Positions 12,001 to 27,000 of a DNA stretch of 64,000 nucleotides are shown here, one piece after another. Under the pieces are notes generated by a model. It was given only the letters and a program-made list of their open reading frames with translations. It had not been told where the DNA came from and ran no database searches. This DNA is from Candidatus Omnitrophota bacterium. GTDB lineage: Bacteria > Omnitrophota > Gorgyraeia > 2-01-FULL-45-10. The translations under genes and the position numbers were made by a program. The stretch lies in NCBI GenBank assembly GCA_026387175.1, contig JAPLME010000010.1:62096-126095 (forward strand). The letters are read 5' to 3'. Positions within the stretch are counted from its first letter, which is position 1. Every line of letters begins with the position of its first letter.

Positions 12001-15000
12001 AATGTCAATAATGACGACGTGATCAGTAAAGCCGACTGGGATGTTTTTGGCACCCTTATCGGCAAGTACAATAAGACCACGGACGGCCAGATCACTGCGG
12101 AAGACGCAACGGCTACTCTTATTTCTGTGGGAAGCGACGGCAAGAGTTTTGCGCTGCCCTCGAGTTACATGACGACATATTCACTGAAAGGGAAAACCTA
12201 TAAAGTCTTCAGCACTATAGGCGGCACATCGACAGAGATAAAATCAGGTTATACGCTTGACAGCACAGGCAGGATCATAACATTTGCTACAGCGCCTGGC
12301 GCAGGAACAACCATCACGATAGATTTCGATGATAAAGCGACTATCACTACCCTTCTTAGCAATTATGGAGCGGTAATTAAACCGAGTGATATAACCACAT
12401 ACCAGGACGCGATAAAGGTGGCGCTGCAAAATAGAGGATCTTTGGCGAGCGGTCAGACCGGATATCTGCTCGCTTACGATAGAAATAATGACGGCGTGAT
12501 CGATAAGTACGATATCAGCGCGAATGACAAGATCATTGATCAGCTTCTCACGTGGAATGGCGGCGCTGTTACAAACGATAAATTTGTTACCTGGGGACCG
12601 GTTACATCATCATCCGGCGTCTTCTCACAGCTTCATTGTAAAGGGTATGATATCGGCGCTGACGGCGTCATATTTATTGATCCAAAGAATTCATTGGACC
12701 CATCGGATCCATCTAGATATTACAGCATACCTGGCACTGACTATGAATTTACCTATGCCGATGATATCGCCTGGGCAAAGATCACTCAGGCCCATTTCGG
12801 AGACGCGACCCAGGCCGATAGGATCGAGAAATATATATATCTGAGTGAAATACCCGACTCATTTATCAGGAATAATCCCGCGTTTGTCAATCTGACCGAT
12901 ATAAACCAGCTTAATGTTTACCAGTACGGGACAAGCACCACAAAGATCATCACCCAGAAGGACATAGATCTTCTGAAGAAGGACTCATCAAAGAAGGCGT
13001 GGGGTGAAGCGCTTGAGAATTATTTAAACGGAGATACGAAAATAGGGGTTGGCAAGGATGGGAATTGTGTATTTGAATTCGATAAATCTTTGCTTGGATA
13101 CGCTCCTGATGGGAATAATCCTTATGAGATATACGTAAACGATACCAAAGTCACAAATTATACCGCAACCGTAGGCACCAGCACTGTAACCATAACCTTC
13201 ACCGCCGCACCGGCAAGCGATGCGGCAGTGAAGGTGAGGGTGCCCGGTACGGGACGCTTCCATCTGGGGATCATCCTGGAGGACGACGCCCAGTCGATGC
13301 GGTTCCTGGGCAAGGATTACATTACGTTGGGGTATCCGACACCATCGACCGGTTTCGGTCTAAATGAAATTGATAAATCGAGCGCCTGCACGATCGAAAC
13401 GTGGGTCGAATTCACGAATCTTAATACGGCCGGCGATCAGGTCATATTGAGCCAGGCAGATAACGGGAGTGGCCGTGCCATATGGCTAGGGTACAACAAT
13501 AATATAACTACGCCGTCATCCAGCAAGCTGAAGTTCTCTTTCCATGGTGTAACCGCTGAGCTTGATATGAAATTTATCCAGGGCGATTGGCATCATATTG
13601 CCGCGCAATATAACCCGAATGTCAATAGGGCCAGCGGCGAGGCCGGCGTGATCACGTTCTTTATAGATGGTGAGGTCTATGCGCCAAGCCGCTACCAAGT
13701 TGGCTCCCTGGTCCAATATGGAGGTTATCTCAATAAGAATATAATAGTGGGCGCCGATATCGTAGGCGGAGTGGCGACGAACGGATTTAAAGGGTCTATA
13801 GATGAGCTCGCCGTATACTCTTCAGGAGCGCTCACTGCCGCGGACATAAAGAGCCATATGGATAATAAGCGCAAGACGGATCCTTCAACAGGTATTGTCT
13901 CAGTTACGGATACGAGTATGCTGGCATACTATTCTTTCGATGACGGCTCTGTTCGTGACCAGACAGGGCATAGGAATGACGGGTCAATCGCCGTAGGTTC
14001 GACCACGGCCGGCGGGTTTGAGACAGATGTCTTCTGCACGCTGAACCAGAAGAAAGACAGGCTCCTGTTCGACAAAGATGGTGACGGTATTATAGCTATC
14101 TATAAGACATACGCCGGACCGACCGATACGGTCGGCACGTTCCTCGGCGCCCTCGATCTTGTCCCATCGTATGCGAAACTCATCGCTCCGAACTCCGGCG
14201 CTACTTTCATGGTGAGCCAAAAGATGCGGGATATCAATGGCAGATTAATCGACAATGTTCGCTGGGGTTCGGTCGCGCATTTAGACCTTAATGCGGATGG
14301 CTGCGTCTCTATCGATGATACAAAATTCAGAGGCGTTATGGAGAGCTCTGTAGCCAACTATGTCACGTTCACTTATCCCAGCGGCTCAGATATTTTCAGC
14401 GAGCTTTATAAGCATTATGACGCGAATGGCGACGGAATTCTGAGCGCTGTAGATGATGAAGCGGCTTTCTGGTCGAAGGCAAACCTTAACGATGTTAATT
14501 GGGGCGATCCGGAGTACCGCTGGCAAAGCGAGGATGTCGTTTCCCAGGCTGATATAAATACACTGAAAACATATATCTCTACTTATGGCAAGGTGACAAA
14601 GACTGGCGGGTCCTACCGGCTCAAGTATGATATTAATAAGGATGGTATCGTGGATGGTAATGACCTGACCAAGCTCGAGGAGCTTATCTCTACTTACTTT
14701 GATTACCAGACAGATACCGGCAGACAAAATATGAAATATAACGATCTCGGCCAGCTCATCGGTTACGAGGAAACCTCTACCTCCAGCACCGATTCTATCA
14801 CAACGACCACAAAGATGAAAGAGATGAAATATGATGTAAAGGGCAGGATGCTCACTTATATTGATGAGTCACATGAGGCTCTTAGTAAGATTACAGGCAC
14901 ATATACTGATGCCAATGACGTCAAGGTAACATACACAATAGGTAATCTGGCTTCATTGGATGAGTTTAAAAATGTTGTCGATGAAAATGGTATTACAAAT

Positions 15001-18000
15001 AGAGTAGAAGACAAAGACGGCATTCTGGATGAATCTAATGCCGCCGCTATTACAGATACCAATACACAGAGCCTCCTGCGCCGCGCGCTTGCGGAGTACG
15101 GGGTTAATGGCGCGATCGCGCTTATTGACATAACCAAGACCACGAAACGCCTATCCGCCTCATTCAACAATCTGGGCCAGATCGGCGCTTATACCGATGA
15201 AAGCACAGGTACCGATATAACTGGCTCGACCAGAACAGCGATTTTCAGCGGCATCACTTACAACATTAGCGGCCAGATGGAAGGATATAATAATATCTCG
15301 CAGGAAATCGTGAAGGATGGGGACGCGATAGTATACACGACAAATTCCGAGACTGATCGCAGAGATATTAACTATAACCTGAAGGGCCAGGTCAAGGGTT
15401 ATACAGACTACTCATATTCCAAAGATGAGACCTATATACCCAATCTTATAACCGTGAATACTATGTCCGATATCCTCTACGATTCACACGGCATGGTCCT
15501 GAGCTCCAAATCGCTGACTAATGAAGCCTCGACCATGGAATGGATCGACCCGACCGGTAGCAATTGGATTACAACGGGTGCGGATGACCTTAAGATCGAA
15601 AAGTGGTATCTCTCTGCGGACGTTAAAGCCTCATCCGCGTTCACCATTGCTGCTACCGTCACCGATAATAATGGTATCGAATATAAGATCTGTCTGGTGA
15701 GCGGCTACAACGTCGGGGATCCGAAGAAGATATATGATTATAACTCCACCGAAAAAACTATTACATACTACCTTGGCGATGTTGCGAATGGAGAATGGCA
15801 TAACATTAACGTAAAAGAGAGCGATTCACTTAGTTCCGGCCTTAAGTGGCTTATGAAGCAAACGGTCAATGTCGATTTCGGCCATCTGAAGAATATCAAG
15901 ATAAAAGGGTCCGATGTGACGATAAGGAACCTCAGCCTTGCCGAGAATCAAGAGCTTGCCAATATAGAGACGGTTTCGCTCGCTACTTCAGAGTGGATAG
16001 CGCCCGATAACACCACGAAGGCCAATTTAAAGGATACGGTACCTGCCGACAAACCGGCGCTTATTGGCTCAGGATCCGGTACACTTTCGAAGACCACATC
16101 TATCGAAAAGTCCGATGTAAAATATGATCCATTAAACGGTAATACCCTGTCGTATTCCGAAGAGTCGCGCTCCAGCGCAAGTCCCGATCTCAAGACTGTA
16201 AAGACCCTCGCGAACATGGCCTACAACGGCCTCGGCCAGGCGCTCGGATATGATGAGTCGAATCAGGATATAGAGAATGCCCTTGTAATCACGAGCCCCG
16301 CAGGTTACAGCGCCTCGATCAGGAGTATCGAGCCCGGCACCGATTGGGGCTATGGGCCGCGCATAGAGGGTAAGTCATTCCTGAGCTTTGATGTAAAAGC
16401 GACTAACGATTTTAGTTTTTCAGCCTGGGTACATGTCAATAACGGTGTCAATGATTTCACAAGCTGGTATTTTGTCACCTTTAAATCAGGCGATGGCGCC
16501 AATGAGTCCGGGGGCGGCGCCGACCGGAATGTCCTTATCTACCTCGGCTCGAACGCGACCGATGGCGGATGGCAGAGTTACACTTTCGACTTGAAGGATA
16601 TCTGCTCCAGATATATATCGTTATCACCGAAATATTTGAGCGTGGGAGAATTCCATATTACAGCTTCGAATGTTTCGATGAAGAATCTTAAGGTCTCGCA
16701 ATACGAAGATGGGAAGGACCCTACGACAGTTTCACTCGATCCGAAGCTCTGGACAAAGCCGGGCGCAATCTCGTTAGATAACGGCCCCGCGGCGGATACT
16801 AACATCTACCAGGTTCAAAAAGTGCTGACCGCGGTAAGCGAACTTTGTTTCCAGATAAAGCCGGGAGCCGGCGATTATGGCGTGAAAGCCCGTCTTGGAG
16901 TCAAAGATAGCGAAGGCGTAGAGAGTATTTATCTTATAGACTTCGTATCGGATCTCAATAGCGTAAAAGGAACTCTCACTCTTGTGCCCAATGCGGAGAG
17001 CGATAGTGATGTTAAATATACCCTTAGATATAATATGGGGGATCTTACCAATGAGCCGCAGGAAAGCGGTTACTACACTATCAGCGTTGATTTGCAGAAT
17101 ATTCTCAATAACGCCGCCGCGCTGACAGACAGTAGCGTCCAGCTCTTGTCCTTAAATTCCGTTGTATCGCATGGGGACGTTGATTTTATTAATAAGACAT
17201 ACACTTCCGATGAGCTTACAAAGCCTTCCGGCGATGAGGGCGATGCCTCCATGTTTACCAATCCTGCCGCTATTGACCCCGATGCTCAGGGCAGTTGGAT
17301 CAATAGGTACCTGTATTGGTCCGGCAACAGTACTTGGCCGAGCGGCTATGGCGATGAGATGTGGCATAAGCAGTGGCTAAAGGTTTCGTATATACCTAAA
17401 GCCTCTGCGGCAATGACGCTCTATGTAAAAGTTGTCGATAAAGCCGGTAATTCCTATAACCTTACCTATAATAAGCTCGAGACGGCTTCCGGAACGCCGG
17501 AGGTAACGAAGATGTGGAATCTCGCCGAAGACCTGGCGAAGCAATATAAGAACGCCGCGGCGTTCGACCACGTCAAGTATATCTCCCTCGAATGCGCCGA
17601 CGGGACCTTCACCAGCATAAAACTATCGGACAGTTTCAAGGAATGGGATGATCCCACGCGTATTATCGACATTCCTACTCAGAAGGAAGCATGGGTTCTG
17701 AATCCGTTCAGGGACGATACCCAGGATTACACCATAACCACAGACACAACCACAAACAGAACATACTATAAGGTCCGCTCGGCCGCCTTGAGCGATACAG
17801 AACTTTTTATGAACCTCAGAGACGCTGCTGATACATCGGATATCTATAATGATATCCTTAAGAGCAAGAACAAGCTGACATTCTATCTCAGAAATCTTGA
17901 AAGCGGCAAAGATTATATATTTGCGGATGGCGAACCGTTCATTTGCTCGCTCAATGTGCAGGATAAGGACGGCGTTAACCATTCGATCGTAGTCAATTCG

Positions 18001-21000
18001 TCCGAGCTTAAGCCAGGCTCAAAGCCGTGGCTTGCAGTCGATACCTCCGTTGCCGGTGCGACAAAGGTCACTATAGATCTTAAAGCCGCTTCCATTGCCG
18101 ATGGTATGGATCCTGAAAAATTCGATGGGTTGAGGCAGATCTCTCTAAGAGGCGGATACTATGATATTAGCAACATCGGGCTTTGGGAGAATGACGAGAC
18201 AGCGAATACCTCAGTTTTGCCCAGTCTATTAAACCGCCAGGACTGGTCAGTCTCCTTCATTATGCCCCGTGGCACAAATATAAGTTCGAATGCCGAGCTT
18301 GCCTTTAATTCCGGCTCCCGCTTAAAAGGTGAGGCCATTCGCCTTGTCGATGGCATTAGTACTGACTCGGGCGACCTCGGGCTGACTGATAGAAATCATA
18401 TAACCTTCAAACTTAAATCGATCGGCGCGACCACGCTCGGGTCGGACGGAAGGCCATATGCCCTTGATGAGAACTTTGCTATGAATGTCAAGGTTATGGG
18501 CACCGATGGCAAGACCTATGACATTAAGATCTCTCTCTTGGATAGAGAGAAGAAGCTGGATTGGACGATCATCGATCGTGATCTGGCAAAGCTCTTTAAT
18601 GATAACCTGCCAACCGATCCGTTAACCGGGCTGAAGGATGATGTGATGATAGACCATATCATGAACTTCTCGGTCGAAGGAGTTCAGTTCAGTATAAAGG
18701 ACATACGGTTTACCTCGAACGCGCAGACGGTAGTCGCCTTTGACGCGACGCGCAATCCCCAAACAATGTTTAAGGATGATGTGGGTGTATTAAGGAAGGA
18801 CAATGTAAAGGTAAAGGTTGAGTCTGTAGACCAGGACGGACACATTATCAAAGACCAGAACGGGAGAGCTATTCTGAAGCCGGAGACCTACACGGTCACA
18901 TTCCGAACCGGCGGTGTGCGCGGCACCGTTCTTGCGCCCGACTCGAATAAGGATATAGTCTGTTACCTTGGCACGGCTAATTCGTTATCCTCCGACCCTC
19001 AACACTATGAATTCAGCCTTGATTGGATATTGCGGAATGCTCTTGATAATAGCAAGCATCTCCCCGGTGAGCACATAGCCTTTGAAATAGTTGATCCTGA
19101 TATTAAAAATCCAGTTTCTCTTATTGGCGGCATTGACATTATAACGCTGGCACCATCATCCAACTCTGTATTCTCGCTCGTGAAGAAACCCGAGATCGAG
19201 GAAGCCTACCGTAAATACACTATTAACGACTGGGCGCAGTATGGGATACTTGCCTCTCCCTCGGGTTCGGGGCTTTTCAGCAGCGATTTTATGAACGCAC
19301 TCCAGGAGTCGAAGGTTATACAGCCTACCAAGGATTCGACCACGACCCGATCCGATATGGTTTACAATGATTTCGGCCAGGTAGTCTCTTACACGGATAC
19401 CAGCTTAAGCGCCGACTCCCCCGATCTTGAGAGCGTCTTGACCGTTACGGATGTAACCTATGACGAACATAACCAGATGATAAACCTCGTCCAAAATACG
19501 GAGGATTATTCAAAGAACATCAGGCAGTCGGTTATCGCCAAGGACAACGGGACGAACGTCCTTCACCTGAAGGCATCGTCCCAGTATGACTATACTACGA
19601 CCTTCTACGCTGAAGATACGAACGATATCCTTACCAATGGTAAGCATATCAAGTTCGAAGTTAATCAGGATGAGTATGGAGAGCTTTCGTCATTCGAATT
19701 AGACCTAGCTTTTGGCTCGGTTCCCATCCCTTCTGAGATTTCTCTGGTGAATTCTAAACTGCATGTGGTGTATAAAATAGATAAGACAGGCACCGCCGTG
19801 GCATCGTTATCAGGTGACCACAATACCCTCTATCTGCCATTTACGATGTCACAGAAGGCTGGGACCAATACATATGTCTTCGATAGAAGTATCTACACTG
19901 ATATAAAGGACGCTTTCGACAAATGTATAAAGGGCGCAGACGGCAAATCTTACAACGACTATCGAACCGAACTTACGGCGCTTGCCGCCATTCCGAACCG
20001 GAACCCGACCCAGCAAGCTAGATATGATCTTCTGACTGCGAAAATTGGCTCCCTGGCCGGGCTTGATGATAGTAACTATAGCATTACTGCGGGATCGGTT
20101 TTCTGTAAGTTTACGGCCAATACCAAGGTTATTTCCTCCTACTCAAGTGTCGACAACGTTGTAAGTTTTAATGTGAACCAGAATAGCCTGGGGACGCTTT
20201 CGTCATTTGACCAAATCGTTAATGTTTATCTTGTACAGTCCTCTAGCCATTATGAATATGACGCATATGAAGGCTATGTATATGATTCTTCTCTCGAACT
20301 ATATATGTCTGATGGAACGCAATGGTATCGATGGTATCCCCCCGCGCCAGAAGAGGGACAACCCTACACTTATTATTCTCGTGACTACGGTTTACATACG
20401 AGGAGAGAAGTATCTGACACAACTAATGTGCCGGCGCCTGGCCTGACAACCACTGCTCCTCACGTTATTTATGAGGCGGGCCGAACCGTAAACTCAATAT
20501 CATCCGATGGTAAGACTATCTATCTACCGCTTGTATTGACGTTGAATCCAGCCACCAGTATGTATGTATTTAACAAGAATGTTATAACTGATGTACAAAA
20601 CGCGCTCAATAATCCCCTCGCGGGATATACGTGTAGCATAGCAAGCGACCCCACATTCAATTTCACATCCGCTGAAGTTCCCATAACCTATTCCGATGGC
20701 AGAAACGTCAGATTCGATTTTGATCAGGATGCCTATGGAACTCTCTCATCATTCGAGATAAATATGGCCTTTGCGCTTACGCAGGGCCAGAGGATGGATG
20801 GCCTGGGCTTGACAAGCCCTAATCTCCGCGTCGTCTATAGGAAGGGCGATACTATGGCATCACTATCCTCAGATGGTACGACCCTCTATCTGCCGCTCAG
20901 ACTGACACAAGTAGGGACGACCAATACATATACCTTCGATACCAGTGTCCACGAGGATGTAAAGGCCGCGATCAACGGGTTATGCGGCTTATATATCACA

Positions 21001-24000
21001 GAACTCGCGGCCCTTAAGGCCCTCACCCAAAGAAGCACGACTCAACAGGCACGATATGAATTGTTGACCGCAAAAGTGGCCGCTTTTACCGATCTGGGCG
21101 TTAATGGCCTCAATAAATACAGCTATAGCCTGGCAGAATCCGCCTTTGGCATTATACCGATGCCCGCTACTGTTACCGCCGCCTACTCCGGTGATAGCTT
21201 AGACTTGACCGGCAAGGAGTACATCAGGTTCGAGGTTGACCAGAGTAACCCCAAAGACCTTTCATCTTTCGAAATAGACATGAACTTTAAGCTCAGAGAG
21301 GGCCAGACGCTGGCCGGGATCGGCCTGACAAATCCGAAACTCCGCGTGATCTATGGGGCTGACGTTAAGGAAGCATCAAAGTTCCTTGACGGCGGTACCC
21401 TCTATCTGCCGCTTGATGATAACAAATTGAAACTGAAAGAAGGAACGACAAATACATATATTTTTGATACCAATGTCCATGAGGATGTGAAGGCCGCGAT
21501 CCAAAAAATATTCGAGGGATATGCGACAGAGGCCGGCAATCTTGCCAATGCTCCCAGTATGACGCTGAGGGATGAAGATAGATATAAGTGGTTGATGGCA
21601 CAAGTGATTGCCTATACCGGGCTCGACGACTATAGCTATTCACTGGCAAGTCCGGCGTTTGGCCTTAAGCCCACTCCTGTCAAGGCCTCTACCGCATCAT
21701 ATAACCTCACGCCGATCACCGGTAAGAGCGTTCACTTCGAGGTTTATAAACAGAATGGCCCGAAAGATCTTTCATCTTTTGAAGTACAGCTGAATTTCAC
21801 GAAGAAAGATAGTGAGGCGATAACGACTCTTGCAATGAATCCTCTTGGTTTGACGACTACGACACCCAAAGTCGTCTACAGGGCGGATGTCACAACGGCA
21901 TCGAAGTCCCTCGACGGCGGCACCATCTATCTGCCGCTCACTTTGACATTGAAAACGGGGACGAACGATACGTATGTGTTCGATAGGGGCAATATTGATA
22001 CTGACATAATGGCCGCGCTTGGCGTTTCGGCCACGACGCTGGGCGGATATACCTATAGCCTGACAAACCCCCAGCTTGGCTCTATAGGCTCTCCGGTTAA
22101 GGACGCTGTTGCCAAAGAGGTCTTTATCAAGGACTTCTCATTCAGGCCTACGGTTGCGTGCGATGTCGACGAATCTATTCTTACATTCGTTACAAGTGAG
22201 TGGACAGTCGATGATGTGCGTAAGAAGCTCGATATAGAAGCGAGCTCTCCTGTATACGTAGCGTCGAAGGTTCTTACCGGTGCGGACAGCGCCAGGACCG
22301 ATGGAAGGTCGTTCATGTCCATCGACATCGTTACACGCGCCAATGCAAAGTTCGGCGTTAAAGTGCAGATCGCCGCTAATGACGGCGCTGGCAACAATTA
22401 CAATGGAGATTACCTCGTCCTATACGATATATGGAACGGCCGCGCCGAAATCTGGCAATATAAGGATTATAACGATAAGAACGCGGTAAGCGGCGCTCCA
22501 ATACCCGGCCGCAAACTCGTCCTTATCGACGGCGTCAATGAGATCGGCTCGGGAGGATGCGAGGCGAACGAATGGTACCATTTCGAGAGTGACATCGACA
22601 AGCTCCTGATGAAAGCTCTTGCCGTTACCAGCATCAGTAGTTTTGAAGTGAAAGGCCTCTATACAAGCGGCCAGGTCAGCCTCGCCAACCTCGGGTTCAG
22701 TAAAGATGAGGCGACAAAGACGGACCGTCAGGAGATCGGGCTTGGAGACAAGAAATCGGGAGACCCGGATTATGACCCAGCATATATATGGCATGCCGCC
22801 GCAAAGTCCGACTATATCAATTCCGACGGAACTTTAAATACCGCCTCGGTTGTGAAAGACTTCGATATTATGGATATAACCGGTTTTGCCAATTCCGGCG
22901 CTTCCGACCCGCTGTCCGAATACTATCTCTATGCCGATAAAGATAGTATCGACTCAACATCTAACAGTATCATCGATCCATTATCTGGTAGTATGAGAAG
23001 GTATCTGTCATTCGATGCGGCCGCGACATCCGATTTCAAGATCTGCTTTGAAGGGCTCAACAAAGCTGGAAACGCAGTGAAAATATATTTCGTTAATTCC
23101 AATTCCGGCACTGACAAAAAAATCGCGACACCGTATACCGATTCCAGCGGCGCCACCGTATACGAATATAATTTAAAGTCGGAGCTCTATAGTAATAATC
23201 TTATCGAAAACTACTATACTAACGGCGCCTGGAACCGTTTCTGTTTCGATCTTGTGGGGATAATCGGAACCAGCTCCTTTACCATAAATAAAGTGAACCT
23301 CTACGGCGGCGCCTTGAAGGTTGCCAATGTGAAGCGCGGGAATGATATCGTTGCCGGCGGTAATGATATGTTTGGCCATCCGCTCCTTGACAATAGATCG
23401 GCCTCGACCGTATCGCTCTTCTCAACCATGAATGAGATCGCCTGGAAGAAATCGGATAAAGCGAGCAAGGCAACCTCTACCATGACCTACACCGGCGTAA
23501 ATCGGTCCGACGATTTTATCGCATCGAATGGCACAGTCGAAGATACAGAGCCGTATAATGTAAAGACCACGACTATGCGCGGCGGCTCGGTATATCCGGA
23601 CGGTTCGCCTGCGACCAATATAAGCTATGATGAATTCGGCCAGATCTCCGGCTATAGCGACTGGATCACCGATTCGACAACTCCTAACATAGTCACGATA
23701 AAGAAGACGGACCATATTATGTATGACGAAGCCGGAAGGATGCTTGCTTATATCGAGACGAAATCCCAGAAGCCCATTTGCAAACTCAGTGACCCCGACA
23801 AGGCGGACATAGAGAAAGCCCTCATCAATGGCGGTGTCATCGGGGTGGATGATCCGGGGTATCAGGAGGGATACGATATTAACGGTGATAAGCAGATAGA
23901 TATGAGTGATTATATCAAACTCAAGAATTCTCTCACCCAGTCGCTGCTTGATTCTTCTCCTCGTCAGGCGATCGTTGTGGCAAATAACTATGACGAATAC

Positions 24001-27000
24001 AGCAAGTATAATATTGTCGATGATTCCCTCCTTACGGATATGGACCAGAAATATCTTAAATATTACGAAGAGTTCCTTAATGCCCCGAAACAGAATTTCC
24101 TTAATATAAACAGCCTTTCGGAGGCCCAGGTGAACGCCCTGATCAATGATGTCGGAGTGGCTGAAACTATAAATCTTGCGAGAGACGGTACCGTGACGCA
24201 TGCCGATGCCGTCACGCCGGGTTCGACATATCTTATCAGCGGGTGGACAGGGGGAAATGTCACAGTTCCGGAAAGTATGATCGTTCAGTGGCGGGAAGAG
24301 TCGTGGTCGAATCCTCGATTGGGATGGCAACCCGAAGACCTGGATTATAATAAAGACGGTGTTATCAATGGCTCGGATGGTACCAGTTTTGCGGAGATTG
24401 GCACTATGGTTGCTGCCTTCCAAACCCTCTTCGGGTCCGGGGCAAAGCTAACCCCGGAGCTGAGTGCGGCATATCACGCCCTTGATACTAATGGGGATAA
24501 CAAGATCGATATTCTGGACAAAAAGCCTGCTTCGAATCCTGCTAATACCGCGTTCAATGCTTATATTGATGCCCTTTTGAAAGCGGACGGGGCGGTTTCG
24601 CAGGGAGATGCCGGGAGAAAATTCCTCTCCTATGTTAATCTAGTCACGGCGGCCAATATAACTAAGTGTCAAGACCGCATCGCCCAAGTAAACAGAGATT
24701 TAGAGGCAGCCGGGTCGATCAACAGGCTTACGCCCCTTACACCCAACGATATCCTTAGCGGGATAATGGCGAGCGGCCAGAGTTATCTCGACAATCTTGC
24801 GCTCGTCACGAAGGATAGCATAGATACATCTATGCGTACAATCTCCGCGGCCAAAACCATCGTTACGACACTTAATATGAGCGCGGATGATGTCCTTAAA
24901 AATATATTAACGGACGGCGGGAAGTTCCTCGGGAACCTCGCGCTTGCCACGCCGGCTAATATAAATAAACTCCAAGACCGCATCGGCACTGCAAACGGTG
25001 TATTAGATGCGACCAATCAAATCAAGGCTAATCTAGTTATGTCTGTGAAAGATATCTTTAATAAGATATTGACGGATGGCAAGCCGTTCCTCGATAACAT
25101 AGACCTTGTCATAGCAACTAATATAACTGCGTTTCAAGGCCTCATTACCACGATTAATAATGCATTGCCAACAGGGACAGATAAACTTACGACCCCCCGG
25201 AGCGCGAACCAGGTCTTAAACGATATACTAACCGGCGGTAAGCAGTTCATTGACAATATCAATATCACGGATGAGAGTAAGAAACTCTTTACGGCAGCCC
25301 GAATAACCGCAGCTCAAGTTTGCATTGCCAAAGCAAATGAGGGATTGGCGGCGACTGACCAGCAGCTTACGCCTCTTAAGCCGGATGATGTCCTTAACGG
25401 TATAATATCGTACGGTAAGAAGTTCATCGATAATATAGGTCTCGTCACAGCCGGCAATATAACCACGCCTCAAAACTGTATCAGGGCGGCTAATTTGACA
25501 TTAACCGCCAAGATTCAGGTCCTGACAGCGGATCAGATTTATAGCAGGATAATATCGGGCGGCCAATGGTTCCTGAGCAACATTGCGCTCGTAACGGCGG
25601 ACAATATAACAGCGGCGCAAAACACCATTACCAAAGCTAATTTAGGCCTTACACCCCCGACCGTAAGCCAGCTCTTTGACGGGATAATAGCGAGCGGTGA
25701 GCAGGGCTATGAATACGATGTCGATGGTAACGGTCAGGTCAACCTTCAGGACAAGCACACTGTCGAATATGACGATATTGTGAAGAGGATTAAAAATGGT
25801 AATGCTTCCTCAGGTGATTATGCAAGACAAGCTGTCCTTGATAGCATATTCAATGACTATATTATCGCCAAAGGCTCTGTTTCCCGCGGGGAAAAGTCTG
25901 ATGTAAGGCTGAGTGACGCTACGGTAAATTCTGCCCTGGCTGGAGACAGTAAATTCTTATATTCCCGCTCTACGGCGCCGGTATTTAAAGTCGAAGATAC
26001 CGCAAAAGATAAGAAGATCTACTTTAAGATAATCAACGGCCCCGTTATAAAAGAGACGGATCCCGCAATCACATTTAATATCTCAAAAGACGGCGCGGTA
26101 AATGACTTTATGATAGATGAAACGGATGGATGGACATACGTGAGAGAGATCTCGTCCGTAGCTGACCGGGTGCTCATCGATTATAGTAAGGGCGAGAGAG
26201 TACTTATCGACGATGTAGAACAAAAACCCGAAACATATAGAATTGATACCGATGAAACTACAGGAGCCAAGACTATTGTATTCCTGAATTCACCGGTACC
26301 CGAGGGCAAGTTGGTAACGATAAAAGAGATAAAGACCGAAGCGTCTCCATATGTAAACAGTGATACATCCGGCGTAGATCCGGTGACCAAATGCGTTTTT
26401 GACGGGCAGCTCATACCTCTATCCGGTCTTGCTAATGAATATGAGATAAAGGTGGACGGCGTGGTTCGCCCGCATTTTTCCACGACAGACCCGAAATACG
26501 AGAACTACACGGTCACATGGGACGCAAAGACCGGGTATACGACCGTTGTTTTAAAGATGATGGACAGGTCGATCACTCCGACGTATACCACTGACGGTAA
26601 TAATCCTTGGTGGTATGGGTTCCTGGGCAAGCAACTTACGCTCGGCAGAACTATAGGCAGCGCGACTATAGACTGTGCTTATGATCCTCTCAACACCTAC
26701 GTGATATATCAGGACGGCAAAGAGCTAAAGGCCTCGGACTATACCGCCTCATCCGCGCAAGGCGGGAAGACGTTGATAGTATTTACCAATTCTTTACCAG
26801 GCACCGCGATCTTAAAGGCAAAATCCCTGGAAGGTAATCCTGTCATTGTAGCAACATATGCCCGCGTTACTACACCAATTAGTCGTACTTCAACCGATAC
26901 CAATAGGACAAGATATGCTATGAATGGATTCCTCCGCTCCTACGATCCTCTCGTACCCACAGGCGAACCTGCGGGTGAGCTGAAATTGTCGAGCCTGTGG

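Larger units (their letters stand above)
9385..14680 (+). repeat. Dockerin/EF-hand-like Ca2+-binding loop cluster 1 (about 13 DxNxDGxIxxxD loops)
   Basis: YDLNGDGVLDQGD (9385), IDINGDNKIDAID, FDMDGNGYIDDMD, FDLNGDNKIDLSD, YDLNNDGYISADD, FDSNGNKVLDIAD, YDRNNDGVIDKYD, LDLNADGCVSIDD, YDANGDGILSAVD, YDINKDGIVDGND (14626). Confidence 0.85.

Noticed and set aside
9691-13245. Prophage or GTA region
   Set aside because: The tail-like modules are in frame within the giant CDS; no capsid, terminase or integrase genes are present.
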